From: Lingula anatina
Taxonomy: Eukaryota; Animalia; Brachiopoda
Assembly (NCBI GenBank): GCA_051362555.1
Contig: CM120643.1
Location: forward strand, 6,076,001 to 6,140,000
Length of the DNA stretch: 64,000 nt
Direction of reading: 5' to 3'
In this document: in pieces, positions 1-13,231 of the stretch
Numbering within the stretch: position 1 is the first letter of the stretch
Layout of the letters: the number at the start of each line of letters is the position of its first letter
Program-made: the position numbers and the translations under genes
The notes under the pieces: generated by a model
The model's input: only the letters and a program-made list of their open reading frames with translations
Databases searched by the model: none
What the model was told of the DNA's origin: nothing

Positions 1-521
1 TTCCTTGCACCACATATGTCTAATTTTTAAATAAAACAAGAAAAGTTGAAAAATGGAGTAAACTTTGAGTTTTTTCTATAAACATCGCAAAATGTAATAC
101 CCGTGAAAAGTCAGAATTGTATAAGGCTTTCACTTTTAAGATTTTCTTAAAAGATTTTTCTGTTAATGTCCTGATAAGCTCTCCTTTGGAAGAACTGAAG
201 GAAAAGTCTTCACACTGTCTTATTTGATGTAAATCTTTTCATATCGATAGCCGAATGTAAATAAACACTATGTTAATTCTAAGTCACCGCTGTAACCATA
301 TCTGCTTAGAAAATACCCTTCTCATGTGGAAAGATGTGTGACGCTTATTTCCCAAAAACCGAATTCTCTAAGTCATGGACAAAATTGTGACTGACGTTTA
401 TTCATCTGCAAATCAAGCCGGTGTGACAGGAATGGTAGTCGTAGGAATGTTAGTCCGGGATCACATATGGTAAGTACAGATTAGGGTTAGTCGGAGTTAG
501 TTGGAGTTAGTACATGGGACG

Positions 522-729
522 CAGGGGCAGATCCAGGATTATTTGAAGGTGGGAAGCCGACTCCCCCCCCCCCCTTTGGCGTATGTTCAGGGGCCTGCTG
601 AAGGGCGTGAAAAAATTGGTATTTTAGAGGGCGAACAGTGGCATTTGGTTGGGTTTAGAACTATGATTCAGCTAATCAAAATTCTAATTTCAGGACCCCC
701 CCCCCCCCCCCCCGCTAAATCTGCCACTG
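522..729 (+). mobile_element. Short non-autonomous DNA element with CAG(G/T)GGC(A/G)GAT termini
   Basis: CAGGGGCAGATCCAG ... CTAAATCTGCCACTG imperfect TIRs. A reverse-complement copy lies at ~15452-15680, and related ends at 9886 and ~12630. Confidence 0.6.
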
Positions 730-1999
730 CACAAGATAGCTAGAGGATATCTATGATTTGTGTTTTTTTTTTTTTTTGTATTTGTTTCATTTAAATTATC
801 CATTCATTAGGGTATCGTGTTTCTTTCTTTTTTTGATAATAGCTGGTGGCATGAAAAGTAAAAAAAAGGTATCCAGTACGGCTAGTTGAAGGAGCTTCAG
901 GTCAGATCTTTTATATATTCTTTACCAGTAGGCCTACTTACTCTATAGAAAATGAATTTGTAAATTATACATGCCATTTCAAAAAAATGTATATATGAGT
1001 CACCATTGAGAAAGGAAAATGCCGTAGATAATTGTTACATAAGTCAGGTGAAGATATGACTTTTGATTTCCAGTTAATGTGAACAGTGATCTTGGTCACT
1101 GATCTAAACATGTTTATGACATAATTTTTTCTAATTGAAATGCAATAAAGTACTGTAAAAGACTAGAAATTGTATTGTTGTAATAAAAAAATGCAGATAC
1201 CTTACAGAGGGCAACAGATGGGAATAGATTTTGATTATACTGTATGAAATAAAATAATAAAAATAAAAAATACTGTATGAAATAAAAAATCTGATGAAGA
1301 GGTGTTAGGATAGGACTTTTTTTTTTTTTGAATGAATGTTTAAGTTGATGGTTCATATAACATAATCAGGTATAAAGTATAGAATATATTTCAGTCTGTT
1401 AATTGAATTGTTTAACCAACTGGGTTTTTCTAGGATTTCAATAGCTTGACTACTTTTTTAAAATGAAAGATTGGTTTTATTCAAATTCGAAATATCTCAA
1501 ACTTAAACAAGCATTATTTGCCATGATTATCCATGAAACTTTGTCTTCTTTTACAAACTTGTATTCTACTATTTAAAACTTGAGCACGAGGGTCAGTAAA
1601 AGAAAAAGAAAATTCAGAAAATACTCAAGGCATATTTTATTATCACAGATCATTGAAGTTATTTTTAAAAAATGTCTATTTAAAAGTGAATGAGATCATT
1701 AATGGCAGTATTTATTGATAAAAAAGGAGATTCTGGTCACGTTTTTTGCACTGTTGCAATGTATTAAATAGTAAGGCAGTATGTTCGTCTATATATAAAA
1801 ACAATTCTGATCCATAAGAAATTTCAATACAAAATATTTTTTATGATTTTAAATCTTTTTTTTAAATCATAAACATGGCATAGTTCTGCAATGGGGGTAT
1901 GAGGCTTCCATGAGTCTCTGTTTGATAAAAGTTCTTGCACTATTTCTGGAATTATATCACTTAGTAAAAGGTTCCACTGGCAACAGAGCACTGAGTTTT

Positions 2000-2875
2000 T
2001 TAGAACTTAACAAGCTGTGTAAGCTCCTGCCTGTGAGCATCCTCTCTAGCCTCATTTGCTGAGAAAAGTAGGCAGTAACCATACACACAAACTGCCTTCA
2101 GTGTCTGGAACACAAACAAGTCCTCCACCAGTGCCACTCCTACCAGAGCAGCCCAGTTGTACACAGCGCTGTCACTCAGCTCTCCACCATACACAATGCT
2201 GAGATATACTGCCATAGCCATGGAGACGACCAGCAAAATGAATGCTGGATAGATCAAAAAGTGGGGCAACTTTCCGTCCTGCTTTCTGTTGACCATCATC
2301 TCCAGCGACTTCAGCTCAGTGTATGGCACCTCATCTGATGGTTCTGGAACATTTTGTGTGGAAATGAATTATTGCCAAAAGTATGTGGAAGTTTAACTAA
2401 AAAATGATGCTGGCTAATATTACCCCTGTTTAACATCACAATCACTGTTTTAATTATAATAAGGGCAAGGAAGCTTATGTTGAAATCAATGCTCTAAATA
2501 TCTTCAAAATGTAAGCTGAAGTTGGATAACATGAAAATGCATTATCCTTTTTTTATATATTCATTCTTTTTTAAAATAATTTACTGAAATGACAGACATT
2601 GATGATACCAAAATGGACAATTACCTTCCCAAATATTAACTGCTACATCATGTGCATTGTCTTTCCTCTTGCTGTTGTCTAAAATTGCATTAAACAAGGG
2701 ATATGTAAAGGGAAATATAAAAAGTTATTTGTTTGAGCCATATATTGCTACTGTTGAACATAAATTAGGAAACAGTAAATCAAAATTTTAGGATGTTACA
2801 TCTGTTCTACGCTATCAAAAAGGATTAAAAAACATCATCATATAGACATGTCTACAGCATAATATAATAGCATAC

Positions 2876-2910
<35 letters not shown>

Positions 2911-5900
2911 TACCTGAGATGAGAAAACTTGGGTTGAAGTGAGCAATGAGACTGTAAAAAGATGAAACATCTGCATTTCTGAAGCTGGAAATCTTCCCAG
3001 CATGGGATTTTGGGATTTCTGCCTGCATCTCCTTTTGCATATTTGAGTTTAGCCTAGGGTTGTTAGGAGGAGGAGCATATGTGAAGCTGGGTGTTTTCTG
3101 AAATATTGAAAATCATCCAATAATTGATTCTGCTGACTGGTAAATATAGTCCAAATATTCCACAGATGGGGACATTTATTCTGGTGGTGGTTTGATGTTG
3201 CACTATAATACCTCAATATTAGTATAATGTCTTTTTATGTTCTTGTATATACATATGTGCTTGTAAGTCAAGCCAAATATATTGTCAAACATTACAGAAA
3301 TGATACAAGTGTCTGTTTTTAATTACAAGAAGGCAATACATGTATGTCTCAAAGGCAATCCATGATATCTGTACAGGCACATACATGCATGCACAAACTA
3401 AAAATAGAAAAAAAGTAATAAATACCCCTTTCTTGTTGTCCACATCTCCCATGGCAACCATATCTTCCTTGACAACCAAATTTTCCTTGGCAACCATTTC
3501 TTCAATCTGTGCCATAGCCTGGTGTTCAACAGTTGCATGTGCCAAATCATAGCCCTTCTCAAAGTCATAAGCCACCTGTTTCATCATGGTCTCCACACTT
3601 CCATGCACAACTTGTTGGAACCCATCACTGATTGTGCAACTGCAAAAAAAAAAAAAAAAAAAAAAAAACTAATTAATGAATATTTCTTCAATCAAGAAAT
3701 GTTGTCAAGAATTAGTATTATTGGTAGAATAACACTCTGACTATAATTACTAAATCCATTTACACACTCAGAACATGTGTCACATAAGCAAGAAAATGTG
3801 AAATCATTTCAATACTGTGGATATTTAACTCAAATGAAATAGTCTATGAAATGAAACAAGTGTCCAGCCCCATACAGAATCAGTCATCGCTATTAGCAAG
3901 AACTGTGGTCAACTCCCAAAGGTAAAGACAATTTTAACTTTATTCTAACATAACTGTGAAATGAGGAGTCTTAAAATGAACACAAAATAAACTGGCTCCT
4001 TACATGTCATCATACTGAGGCTCATCTTCCAGGTTCTGCAGCACAGTGTCACCAGTGTCCTCTCTGTCATAGCACCTGATATTGTACATTGCTACATCAT
4101 ATATGCCATTCACAAGGAATGTTCCTATATTGACAAGGAGGCTGGAGAGGAAGATGCCTCTATCAAGCTGAATGACACCAACAGCACTGAGAAGGGTACT
4201 GGTAAGCAGCATGTTTGCAAACATGTAGTTCAAGGTGCTGTTAAACCACAGAAGGACAGGGGCCAGCTTCAAGCTGGAACAGCGTGTCCATCCATGACAA
4301 GACCACAAATACAGAAGGCAAGTTTGCAGTCCAAACCTGAAAAATATTATAATAAATTAAAAAAATCATATCAAATAACAAAGTACGGACATTTTACATG
4401 AAAATTACTACGAGTACATTCCATGTTGAAGAAAAACTAAATACTGCATTAAGAAATCAGAAAATGTATCATTATTATTATTATTATCTTTCATATTTTA
4501 TTTGTTGATAACTTGTAAAAGCAGACATTCAAAGTACATCATATGCTTATTCATCAATTGTGAGAAAGTCTCTAACTTACCTGGAGTTCTTACAAGACTC
4601 CAAAGTGGTGTATCCCACTGTGAGGCATCCATTGCTGCTGAAGTGGGATTCACAGCCAGATACTGTATCATATACTGTTATATCCAGCACATTCCTTCAA
4701 TGAAAGAAAAATAATAATAAAAATTCACTCAAATTTCTTTATACAACACATTTAACAATCAATATTTCAAATAAATCTGGGCTTCCATCCAACTAAACTG
4801 AAAAGCTAGCTAACAGTTTTTTTTCAAAAATACATAAGAGTATGTTAAACTGGCATTGAACTCCATCTGAATATGTAAAAATATCTACTATAAATAACAT
4901 AACAATATGAATATAACTTAAACTAGAGGATCAGAGAGGCGATACCGCCTCCAAATATTGTACCACCAGCTGGAGCAAGCTCATTCATGTAGACCCCCAC
5001 ATACACAAAATAAGGGACACAGCCACCAGTTTTGTGCTTGACAAGCTGTAAAAATGCAATCAACAAGAATTTTTTAACTATTGCAAAAAATATATATGGT
5101 ACAATCAAATTTAAGTTCTTCGTAAGGTAGGTCAAGGGTCAATTTCTCTGCCAGTTTTGGAGATAAAAGGGAAGCAAAATTTGCAAAGTTCAGTTTATGG
5201 TGAAAAGTAGGTCAAAGGTCAATTTTAAGGTCACATTTAGATTGCCAGTATATGACTTCCTATTCAACTTCAATAGTAACTATGGACCTATCTCTGCCAG
5301 TTTTAGAGATAAAAGGGAAGAAAAATTTGCAAAGTTCAGTTCATGGTGAAAAGTAGGTCAAAGGTCAATTTTAAGGTCACATTTAGATTGCCAGTATATG
5401 ACTTCCTATTCAAGTTCAATAGTAACTACTGACCTATCTCTGCCAGTTTTGGAGATAAAAGGAAAGCAAAATTTGCAAAATTCAGTTCATGGTGTAAAGT
5501 AGGTCAAAGGTCAATTTTAAGGTCACATTTAGATTGCCAGTATATGACTTCCTATTCAAGTTCAATAGTAACTATGGACCTATCTCTGCCAGTTTTGGAG
5601 ATAAAAGGGAAGAAACATTTGCAAAGTTCAGTTCATGGTGAAAAGTAGGTCAAAGGTCAATTTCAAGGTCACATTTAGATTGCCAGTATATGACTTCCTA
5701 TTCAAGTTCAATAGTAACTATGGACCTATCTCTGCCAGTTTTGGAGATATATGACTTCCTATTCAAGTTCAATAGTAACTACGGACCTATCTCAGCCAGT
5801 TTTGGAGATAAAAGGAAAGCAAAATTTGCAAAATCCAGTTCATGGTGTAAAGTAGGTCAAAGGTCAATTTTAAGGTCACATTTAGATTGCCAGTATATGA

Positions 5901-8900
5901 CTTCCTTTTCAAGTTCAATAGTAACTATGGACCTATCTCTGCCAGTTTTGGAGATAAAAGGGAAGAAAAGTTTGCAAAGTTCAGTTCATGGTGAAAAGTA
6001 GGTCAAAGGTCAATTTCAAGGTCACATTTAGATTGCCAGTATATGACTTCCTATTCAAGTTCAATAGTAACTATGGACCTATCTCTGCCAGTTTTGGAGA
6101 TAAAAGGGAAGCAAATTTTGCAAAGTTCAGTTTATGGTGAAAAGTAGGTCAAAGGTCAATTTTAAGGTCACATTTAGATTGCCAGTATATGACTTCCTAT
6201 TCAAGTTCAATAGTAACTACGGACCTATCTCAGCCAGTTTTGGAGATAAAAGGAAAGCAAAATTTGCAAAGTTCAGTTCATGGTGAAAAGTAGGTCAAAG
6301 GTCAATTTTAAGGTCACATATAGATTGCCAGTATATGACTTCCTATTCAAGTTCAATAGTAACTATGGACCTATCTCTGCCAGTTTTGGAGATAAAAGGG
6401 AAGAAAAATTTGCAAAGTTCAGTTCATGGTGAAAAGTAGGTCAAAGGTCAATTTCAAGGTCACATATAGATTGCCAGTATATGACTTCCTATTCAACTTC
6501 AATAGTAACTATAGACCTATCTCTGCCAGTTTTGGAGATATAAGGGACTAAATGTTATAATTTTGGAGTTACCATAATGTGCCTTAAATTTTGTACAGAA
6601 AAATTAATTAAAATAAAGAAAATGTCATTTTGGTCAAAATTCTTGAAATAGGAGGTGCTCTGAAGTTTCAGAAGTTCAAATTTGATGAAATAATGTCATT
6701 TTTGAACACAAGTTGTCTGCTTTGCCAAGCCTAATGTTTTATTTTTCCAGAGTTCAAAATTTATTATCCATTACCGTACTGCACATTTTGCTTTTACCAC
6801 CAATATGTACTTTTTGATACAGCGTAACTCGAAAACCGTATGGAATACAAAAAAAACGAGACCACCTCCAGTGTTGGGCTTTACATGCTCTACAAAATGC
6901 AAAAAAGAATGGGTCTCTAGCATTAACGGTTCCCGAATTAGAGACAGTTTTCAGTTTCCGTATCTTATGGCCGCTACTCCCGTGAAAATGCACCGATTGA
7001 CCCCAAATTCATGGAGATGAAAGATGACCTGAAGGGTAACACTTTCCAATAATATTATTGGTTAAGTCTGTGTGGTGTCTGAATAACAGGGCAAAAAAAT
7101 TTTTTTTCGTAAAAAATTTCATTTTTTTGAAAATTTTGGCCCATTTGACCTTGAAGTAAAGGTCAAAGGTCAAATCCAAGGGTATATTTGAAATCTACAC
7201 ATATGACTTTTGGAAAGCCGTCTATAGAAATTTTTCCCATAACTCCTTCCGTAGGGTAGATAATTAGCATTTAATTTTGCCATTTTTAGACAAGGGTGCA
7301 TTGCAATGAGTGCCACACCCAGACCCCAATACCGACAAAGCCCAAATTTTACGTGGAACGAGTTGAGATTATAGGTGACCTAAATCCATGAGATGGGTAC
7401 GGGGGGCCTTACCGTCTAGGAGGAGAAGCGGTAACGGTAGCCGTCCGGCGGAGCCGGCGGAGCCGGCGGAACCGGCGGAGCCGGCGGAGCCGGCGGAACG
7501 ATCCGGACGGGACCGAAACCATGTGTACCGCCAGCGCTAACGCTGGTGGTACAACTACAGATGCATCCAAGATATTCATGACACAAAACATATTTCAGAA
7601 CAATGACAAAAATAATCTTCATTTGACTTGCAGAACTTTCTTTATACAGGTCCAATAGTGTAAATATGTTTGTGATGTTCCAGTTTGTATTTTTAAAATT
7701 ACCATTGAGCTCCTGGTCTATCACTGATGTACACCACAACCTTCTTCAGTTTTCCCAGGGACTCTGAGTTTAAAATAAAAAAGATTCACTATAATGATTA
7801 AATGTTAGTGTGTTGTTTTTGAGTACAACATGCATCAAATATAACAGAGTTGTAGTTTAATTCTAAAAATAAATTTAGTTAATGCACAACAATACCATAA
7901 GAACCTTGGTGTTTAACAAATCACCAAGAATTCTTTCACTAACTCTCTCTGAACATGCTCTGCACTTAACTTTATGATAAAAAGTCAACATAACTGAGTT
8001 AACATGATACTTAAAGTAACAGTAATGATATATATAATATAGCCACTGACATAGATGAACAGCAAACTGTGACCTGATGTTCCAGTTAAGACTGTACATG
8101 CTAAATTGAATGTAATAAAGTAAATGGCAGTTAGCTGCTAATAATACTGTTGAATCAATATTTGCAGGAAAAGAAATTTATATGTGCTCCAAAATATTCA
8201 AGATGCTTACCTTTTGTATACAATAGAAACCATTTCTTCTGTCCTACCCCAAGGAAATTGTGCTTCCTCCCATGTTCATTCAGATTATATTCAGGAGATA
8301 CCCCCTGGTCTCCTATCAACTGCAATCTGACTTTGGGTGTCTTTACTGCTACAAAACAACATATTTCTATAGTTTGGAATAAATACAGTTAAACAACAAC
8401 TTCAACAATATTATATACAACTGTAAGACTCTTCATTGGCCTATATCTCTATTTCTATTTTTGTCATTTAAATATTAAAATATATTATTATTATTATCTT
8501 TCACACAATAATAACTAGTTTAAGCTTTTCAACAAGGATCAGAATCAACAACTTGAAAGATCTTAGCATCACTTTTACCTCTTTTCAGCCCATTTTGAAC
8601 TGCTACCATGTATCTATAGTGATGTTCACCAGAATATTTGGGAACAACTATGATACCACTCTGCTTTCTCTGAAATGATAATGACCACTATAATTAATAA
8701 GGCAAAGGAAAAGAAAGGAAATGAAAGGAAAGAAATGTAAAAATAAAACAATAATGTTATGAAACTGATTACAGCAGAAACAAAGCAATTTCCAGTTCTT
8801 CATCATAATTACCTATTTTATATTTTAAAGTTATCTAACACAGAAATTCATAAGAGATAACTGTTTTTATACTTTCATGCAGACTAAATTTAAAATGTAC

Positions 8901-9461
8901 AACACAAAATTTTGTTTCAGTACCTTCTTCCAATTGAACCAAATAATATAACTTGTGCTGAGTAACATGATGCCAAAAAACGCAAAGATGAATGAAATTG
9001 CGAGTTTGTGGTACACCATGAACTTTTGTGGAGCTTTTTTCAAGGCAAAAGCTAGCAAAGAAAAGAAAGGATGTAGCTTAAAAATGGAAAGCAAGGAAGC
9101 AACCAAGGGCAGAGAAGTATAGGAAGCACGATTAATTTAAATTAATATAAAAAAATAGAGAAAGTAGGGTCTAATGAACTAGTCTCAAACAAAACAAAAG
9201 AAAACAAAAACACAAAGTAAGATGCTGAATGCATGGAATTTTGACAAACCAAATTAAAAAAAAAACATCACAATTTGTGCTTAATGAATGGTGAAAAAAC
9301 ACTGGTTCCCCGTGAGTTGTTTTAATGTATATCGCCTGCTTTGTAAACAAAAAAAGGTGCAAAAGAGTTACATAAGTCTATAGTTTGATGATATACTTAC
9401 CTCCATGGAGAGGTTGCATGAGTAGCAACATCAACAAAACTTTGATCTTCAAGTTCTTCAT
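2000..9461 (-). CDS. Polycystin-1-like (PKD1L/LOV-1 type) PLAT-domain membrane protein, 10 coding exons, ~555 aa
   Basis: Exons 9461-9401, 9051-8924, 8669-8579, 8348-8211, 7763-7703, 4694-4581, 4336-4004, 3639-3426, 3097-2914, 2343-2000. All are GT-AG and phase-compatible, totalling 1668 nt. Product: signal peptide MKNLKIKVLLMLLLMQPLHG; TM1 (LAISFIFAFFGIMLLSTSYIIW); PLAT-like strands (YRYMVAVQNG..VRLQLIGDQGVS..WFLLYTKESLGKLKKVVVY..WNVLDITVYDTVSGCESHF); TM2-3 (..NYMFANMLL..); polar loop; TM4-5 (LPHFLIYPAFILLVVS..YLSIVYG..W..EDLFVFQTLKA), matching the polycystin-1 family LP.W..Y/QP.K region. Confidence 0.8.
2878..2906. repeat. (TA)n microsatellite
   Basis: Directly visible beside the exon 9 donor. 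Confidence 0.9.
4921..7554. mobile_element. Helentron-associated non-autonomous element (HINE / pearl-like) in intron 5 of the polycystin-like gene
   Basis: Subterminal IR TTGTACCACCAGC (4958-4970) is the exact reverse complement of 7542-7554. It has a central 146-bp tandem array, a GC-rich microsatellite (CCGGCGGAG)n at ~7444-7500 and a terminal hairpin TGTACCGCCAGCG-ctaa-CGCTGGTGGTACA at 7524-7553. Confidence 0.75.
5126..6545. repeat. Tandem array of ~9.5 x 146-bp monomers (core of the HINE)
   Basis: AAGTAGGTCAAAGGTCAAT recurs at 5205, 5351, 5497, 5643, 5850 (one unit has a 61-bp internal duplication), 5996, 6142, 6288 and 6434. Confidence 0.95.
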
Positions 9462-9639
9462 ACTGGCAATTTTTTATATGTTCTCCCTGTATCAAATAAT
9501 ATGAAGCCGTGTACAACAAACACGTATATTTAAAAAAGAAGTCGCGATTCAGCGAATAAACGAGAAATTATCGATATTTCAAACAATTTGGACGGAGTTG
9601 ACTTTGACTTCCTCCCAAATCTCACAAATGTCTGTTGCT

Positions 9640-9675
9640 AATTGACGTCACAGACACAATCAGCTCACGTGACCA
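9640..9675. promoter_or_regulatory. CRE (TGACGTCA) plus E-box (TCACGTGA) upstream of the polycystin-like gene
   Basis: TGACGTCA at 9643-9650 and TCACGTGA at 9665-9672 in a CpG-richer patch ~180 nt upstream of the ATG. Function is inferred. Confidence 0.35.
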
Positions 9676-10298
9676 TTGTGCTGGGATGTGCGGTTGTGAT
9701 GTTAAAACAGCCGAATCGATAAAACAATAACATTCACCTTGAAGGTTCACTGCAGAGCCTGATTGGGGCTTTAATATATTACTTTAAAGAGGATAAGTAT
9801 GGTTTATGTTATTTTTCGTATTTGTTTGAATATATGCATATAGATCTACTTAAATAGAAGACAGAGGAAGACTGGCTACGCTAAGCAGGGGCGGATCCAG
9901 GATTATTTGAAGAGGACGCGACGCAGATGTGTCAACCTCATCCACCAGATCCAAAGGCGTTCCAAAATGAGCCCAACACACTTAAAATATGTCATACAAA
10001 GTTTAAATACCTCTAATGAGTATTTAAAATTTAACAAGTATGTAAAAGTCAAGATGTCGTTGCTGTCAGTCACAAGCAGGTACCTCTGTCTAAACGGCCT
10101 TGACCTATAATCATATTATTTGACTAGAGTCTATGCCAAGTGTGCATATATTTAATTTTATTTCTTCACCATGATTTTCTGTCGCAAAGATGCCCTAAAT
10201 AAATTAATAATCACACTAGAATGACTTTATTTTATAGTTTGATATGAGTGTGGTTTGTGTGACTGCATTGAGGTGGGTAACAGTTAAGACAATTCCTT

Positions 10299-10650
10299 TT
10301 TGAACGGTGACAACTGGGTCGAGGCCATTCGATTTGAGGAGTTACAGGTGGGAAGAGTCCATTTCATCTGAGGGGTGACAGATGGGGCGAGTCCATTCCA
10401 TTTGAGGGGTTGCAGGTGGGGCGAGTCCATCCCATCTGAGGGGTGACAGGTGGGGCGAGCCCATCCTTTTTGAGGGGGGGTGGCAGGTGGGGCGAGTCCA
10501 TTTCATCTGAGGTGTGATAGGTGGGGAGAGTCCATTCCATTTGAGGGGTGACAGGTGGGGCGAGCCCATTCCATCTGAAGGGGTGACAAGTGCGGCGATT
10601 CCATTCTTTTGAGGGGTGACGGGTGATGCGAGTTCGTCCAATTTGAGAAG
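10299..10650. repeat. G-rich minisatellite, ~10 x ~34 bp
   Basis: The unit GAGGGGTGACAGGTGGGGCGAGTCCATTCCATTT is repeated with variants; this explains ORFs 10342..10659 and 10364..10672. Confidence 0.9.
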
Positions 10651-12662
10651 CGCGTGCACGTAAAATTACCACAAAATAATATTATAATATCCGTGCAATT
10701 AGCTTTATTAAAGGTTTTTTTTTAAATATTGTGTTAGCAAAGTTTTGAGGGGATATGAACTTGTACCATGCAGAAATAATAATTATATTATTGGTCTCAA
10801 AATTTACTTTTCCACAATTTCATATAAATATAACCTTTTTGTCTGTGGAAATAAATCTACGTCACAAAATTAAATTAAGGGATCAATATATTTCAAACAT
10901 TTATTTTAATAAGACCTTTTTCAAATAGATCGGAATATTACTATTTATTTATTTATTTACTTATTTATTTCATTTATTTTATTTATTATTATTATTTTTT
11001 TTTTTTGGAAGAAGCAAAGTTCAACTGTTGCCATTTCAAGTGTCTCTCAACTTTCTCATTTTTTCTGTTTAAATTTTAAATTGAAGTATTCATATGATAA
11101 GAAGATCGTGAAATTTGAATCAATTTTCTGCAACAAAAACCAGAATCCTTCAAAAATGGACCCATCTATTGAATAAAATATCGAATAGCTTTTCAAAAAG
11201 CAAAATCGTAAATTCACACATATTGTATTTATTAATGTGTGCTGTTGGAAAATCTTGAACGTGTATTCTTAAAGTGCTCAAACTTAATAATTTACAAAAT
11301 ACTAGGAATATTTAGAAAACCTTTTGGTTTTAGATATCTTCTGTTACTGCAGAAATCAACAATCCCAAGCAAAATTTACAGATCAATTTTAGCGGATTTA
11401 ATTCGAAAGTGCTCAAACAGTTATCATACCTTTATTATAACATCTATTTTTATCGACATTATTTCATGTCAAAGTAAAAGAAACAAGCAATGACAAACTT
11501 ATCTATTCAGCTTTTATTAAAATGCAATAGATGCATGAATTTGCGTTTGGTTCCAGAAAGTGAATGAAAGGCTTGGTTGCTAGCAGGCGGGTGTTGTGCA
11601 GTACTCAGTATCTCAGCGGACTTCTGAAATGAGAAAGTAATGTAAACAATATTTGACTAAACGGGCAGACTTGGAAAATATACAACAATGCATTTTACAT
11701 CAAAATGAAGAGGGCGCTTGAGGGAATTTACTGACTTGTCCGATGTTCAGGCTCAGATAGCACCCCTCAAAAAACCAATCTACATCGTGTTGACCTTACG
11801 CCAAAATTAAGATATGAGATTATTAATAAAGATATTTGAGATATCTTGCTTTGAAAAAATAAACATTGAAAACAATTCTTTAATTCGTGGAGGTTATTGC
11901 TAAGGACGTTAATTTATTTTACCTACTATTCAATGTTGTAATATCTAAAATCGCTATGCAACACGCGTTTGTGCGCCATATTTTGACCATAAAATTGATG
12001 TACACGTTGATAGGGCACACTTGTCTTTGGACCAAAAGCTCAGAACTGTGACAAGTACAATATTATCATCTAAATTAGTCTGTGATATTTGTGGTAATAT
12101 TCCCATTTACTTTTAAGCTAGCTTACATTCTGAGTGACATAAAAGAAACGACAGGCAAAACATAACAAAGAATCGCAACATAAATCCTTTTCGTAATTTT
12201 CCTTGCATTCTTTCACGCTTTGTATATCTACTGACTAAGGTTACTAAGAAAAAATGATACTTACGGAACATGCATTTGTGTCTTCCCCTCATAAAAGTTC
12301 GACCTTGCAACTGTACCACACATGCTGTTGCGTCTTCACCCTGATGTGTCCTACTGCCTAGTGAGCATTGGGGAAGACAGCTCGCACTATGATGAGCAAC
12401 TTATTGTTATGCAAATTACAGACAGGTATGGCCCATTTTAGGTGAGGGACTGTGGCTGGAACTGTTCACGAATGTTCACTGCCAAAATCATGTATATGAA
12501 GATTTGACTGTGGTCCACTTGTTGTTAAAATACACCACTTTATTCCACAAATATAGCGCATGCGTCTTTCATCATGCGGTTTGATTCAACACTTCCACAA
12601 AACTCAACGCCAGGGAAAGAGAATATTGATAGTGGCGGATTTAGAGGGGGCCAGGGAGGTCG

Positions 12663-12898
12663 TGACCCCCTCTTCGGTTTCTGAAAAAATTACACTAATA
12701 TTCCCCTCTTGTTTTGATTTTTTTCAATTGAGGCTTACTGTCTGGTAACTCTCAGATTTAGGTTGATGATTTTGAGTTTCTATGACCCCCTCTTCGGTTT
12801 CTGAAAAAAATTACACTAATATTCCCCTCTTGTTTTGATTTTTTTCAATTGAGGCTTACTGTCTGGTAACTCTCAGATTTAGGTTGATGATTTTGAGT
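12663..12898. repeat. Near-identical ~120-bp tandem duplication inside a MITE fragment
   Basis: TGACCCCCTCTTCGGTTTCTG...GATTTTGAGT at 12663-12777 and 12783-12898. Confidence 0.9.
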
Positions 12899-13192
12899 AA
12901 CAGCAAGCTGACTTCAAGTAGTAGACCTAGTAGTTAAAATAGAATAAAGAAAAAATATAAGGTCACAAATCGCAAAGAGATATTATAGGGAAAGATGATG
13001 ACGAATTTTCCGTTTTGAAAAAGAAATTAAAAATAGGGCCTAATGCTATCGGCGATTAAGGACAACAGTACCAAAAATGCGATCAAATTCCATTTCCGGC
13101 TATATTTTGCTTGTTATACCTTTAAAAATTAATAACTACAGGGTTACTACTTAATACTTTGTTGCTTTTGCATGGGGGCACGTACGCGCGCT

Positions 13193-13193
<1 letters not shown>

Positions 13194-13224
<31 letters not shown>
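13194..13224. repeat. (AG)n microsatellite
   Basis: Directly visible. Confidence 0.9.

Positions 13225-13231
<7 letters not shown>

Noticed and set aside
7409-7739. Pro-rich and Arg-rich ORFs
   Set aside because: They are translations of the HINE GC microsatellite. The real exon here is 7763-7703 in another frame.
7875-8099. Extra exon of the polycystin-like gene
   Set aside because: The flanking exons already join in phase and give a continuous PLAT domain.
10342-10672. Repetitive ORFs of 102-105 aa
   Set aside because: They are products of a ~34-bp minisatellite whose period does not preserve frame.
12323-12432. Possible + strand first exon (MLLRLHPDVSYCLV..TDR|GTATGG)
   Set aside because: It is short, with no downstream partner exon or recognisable product.
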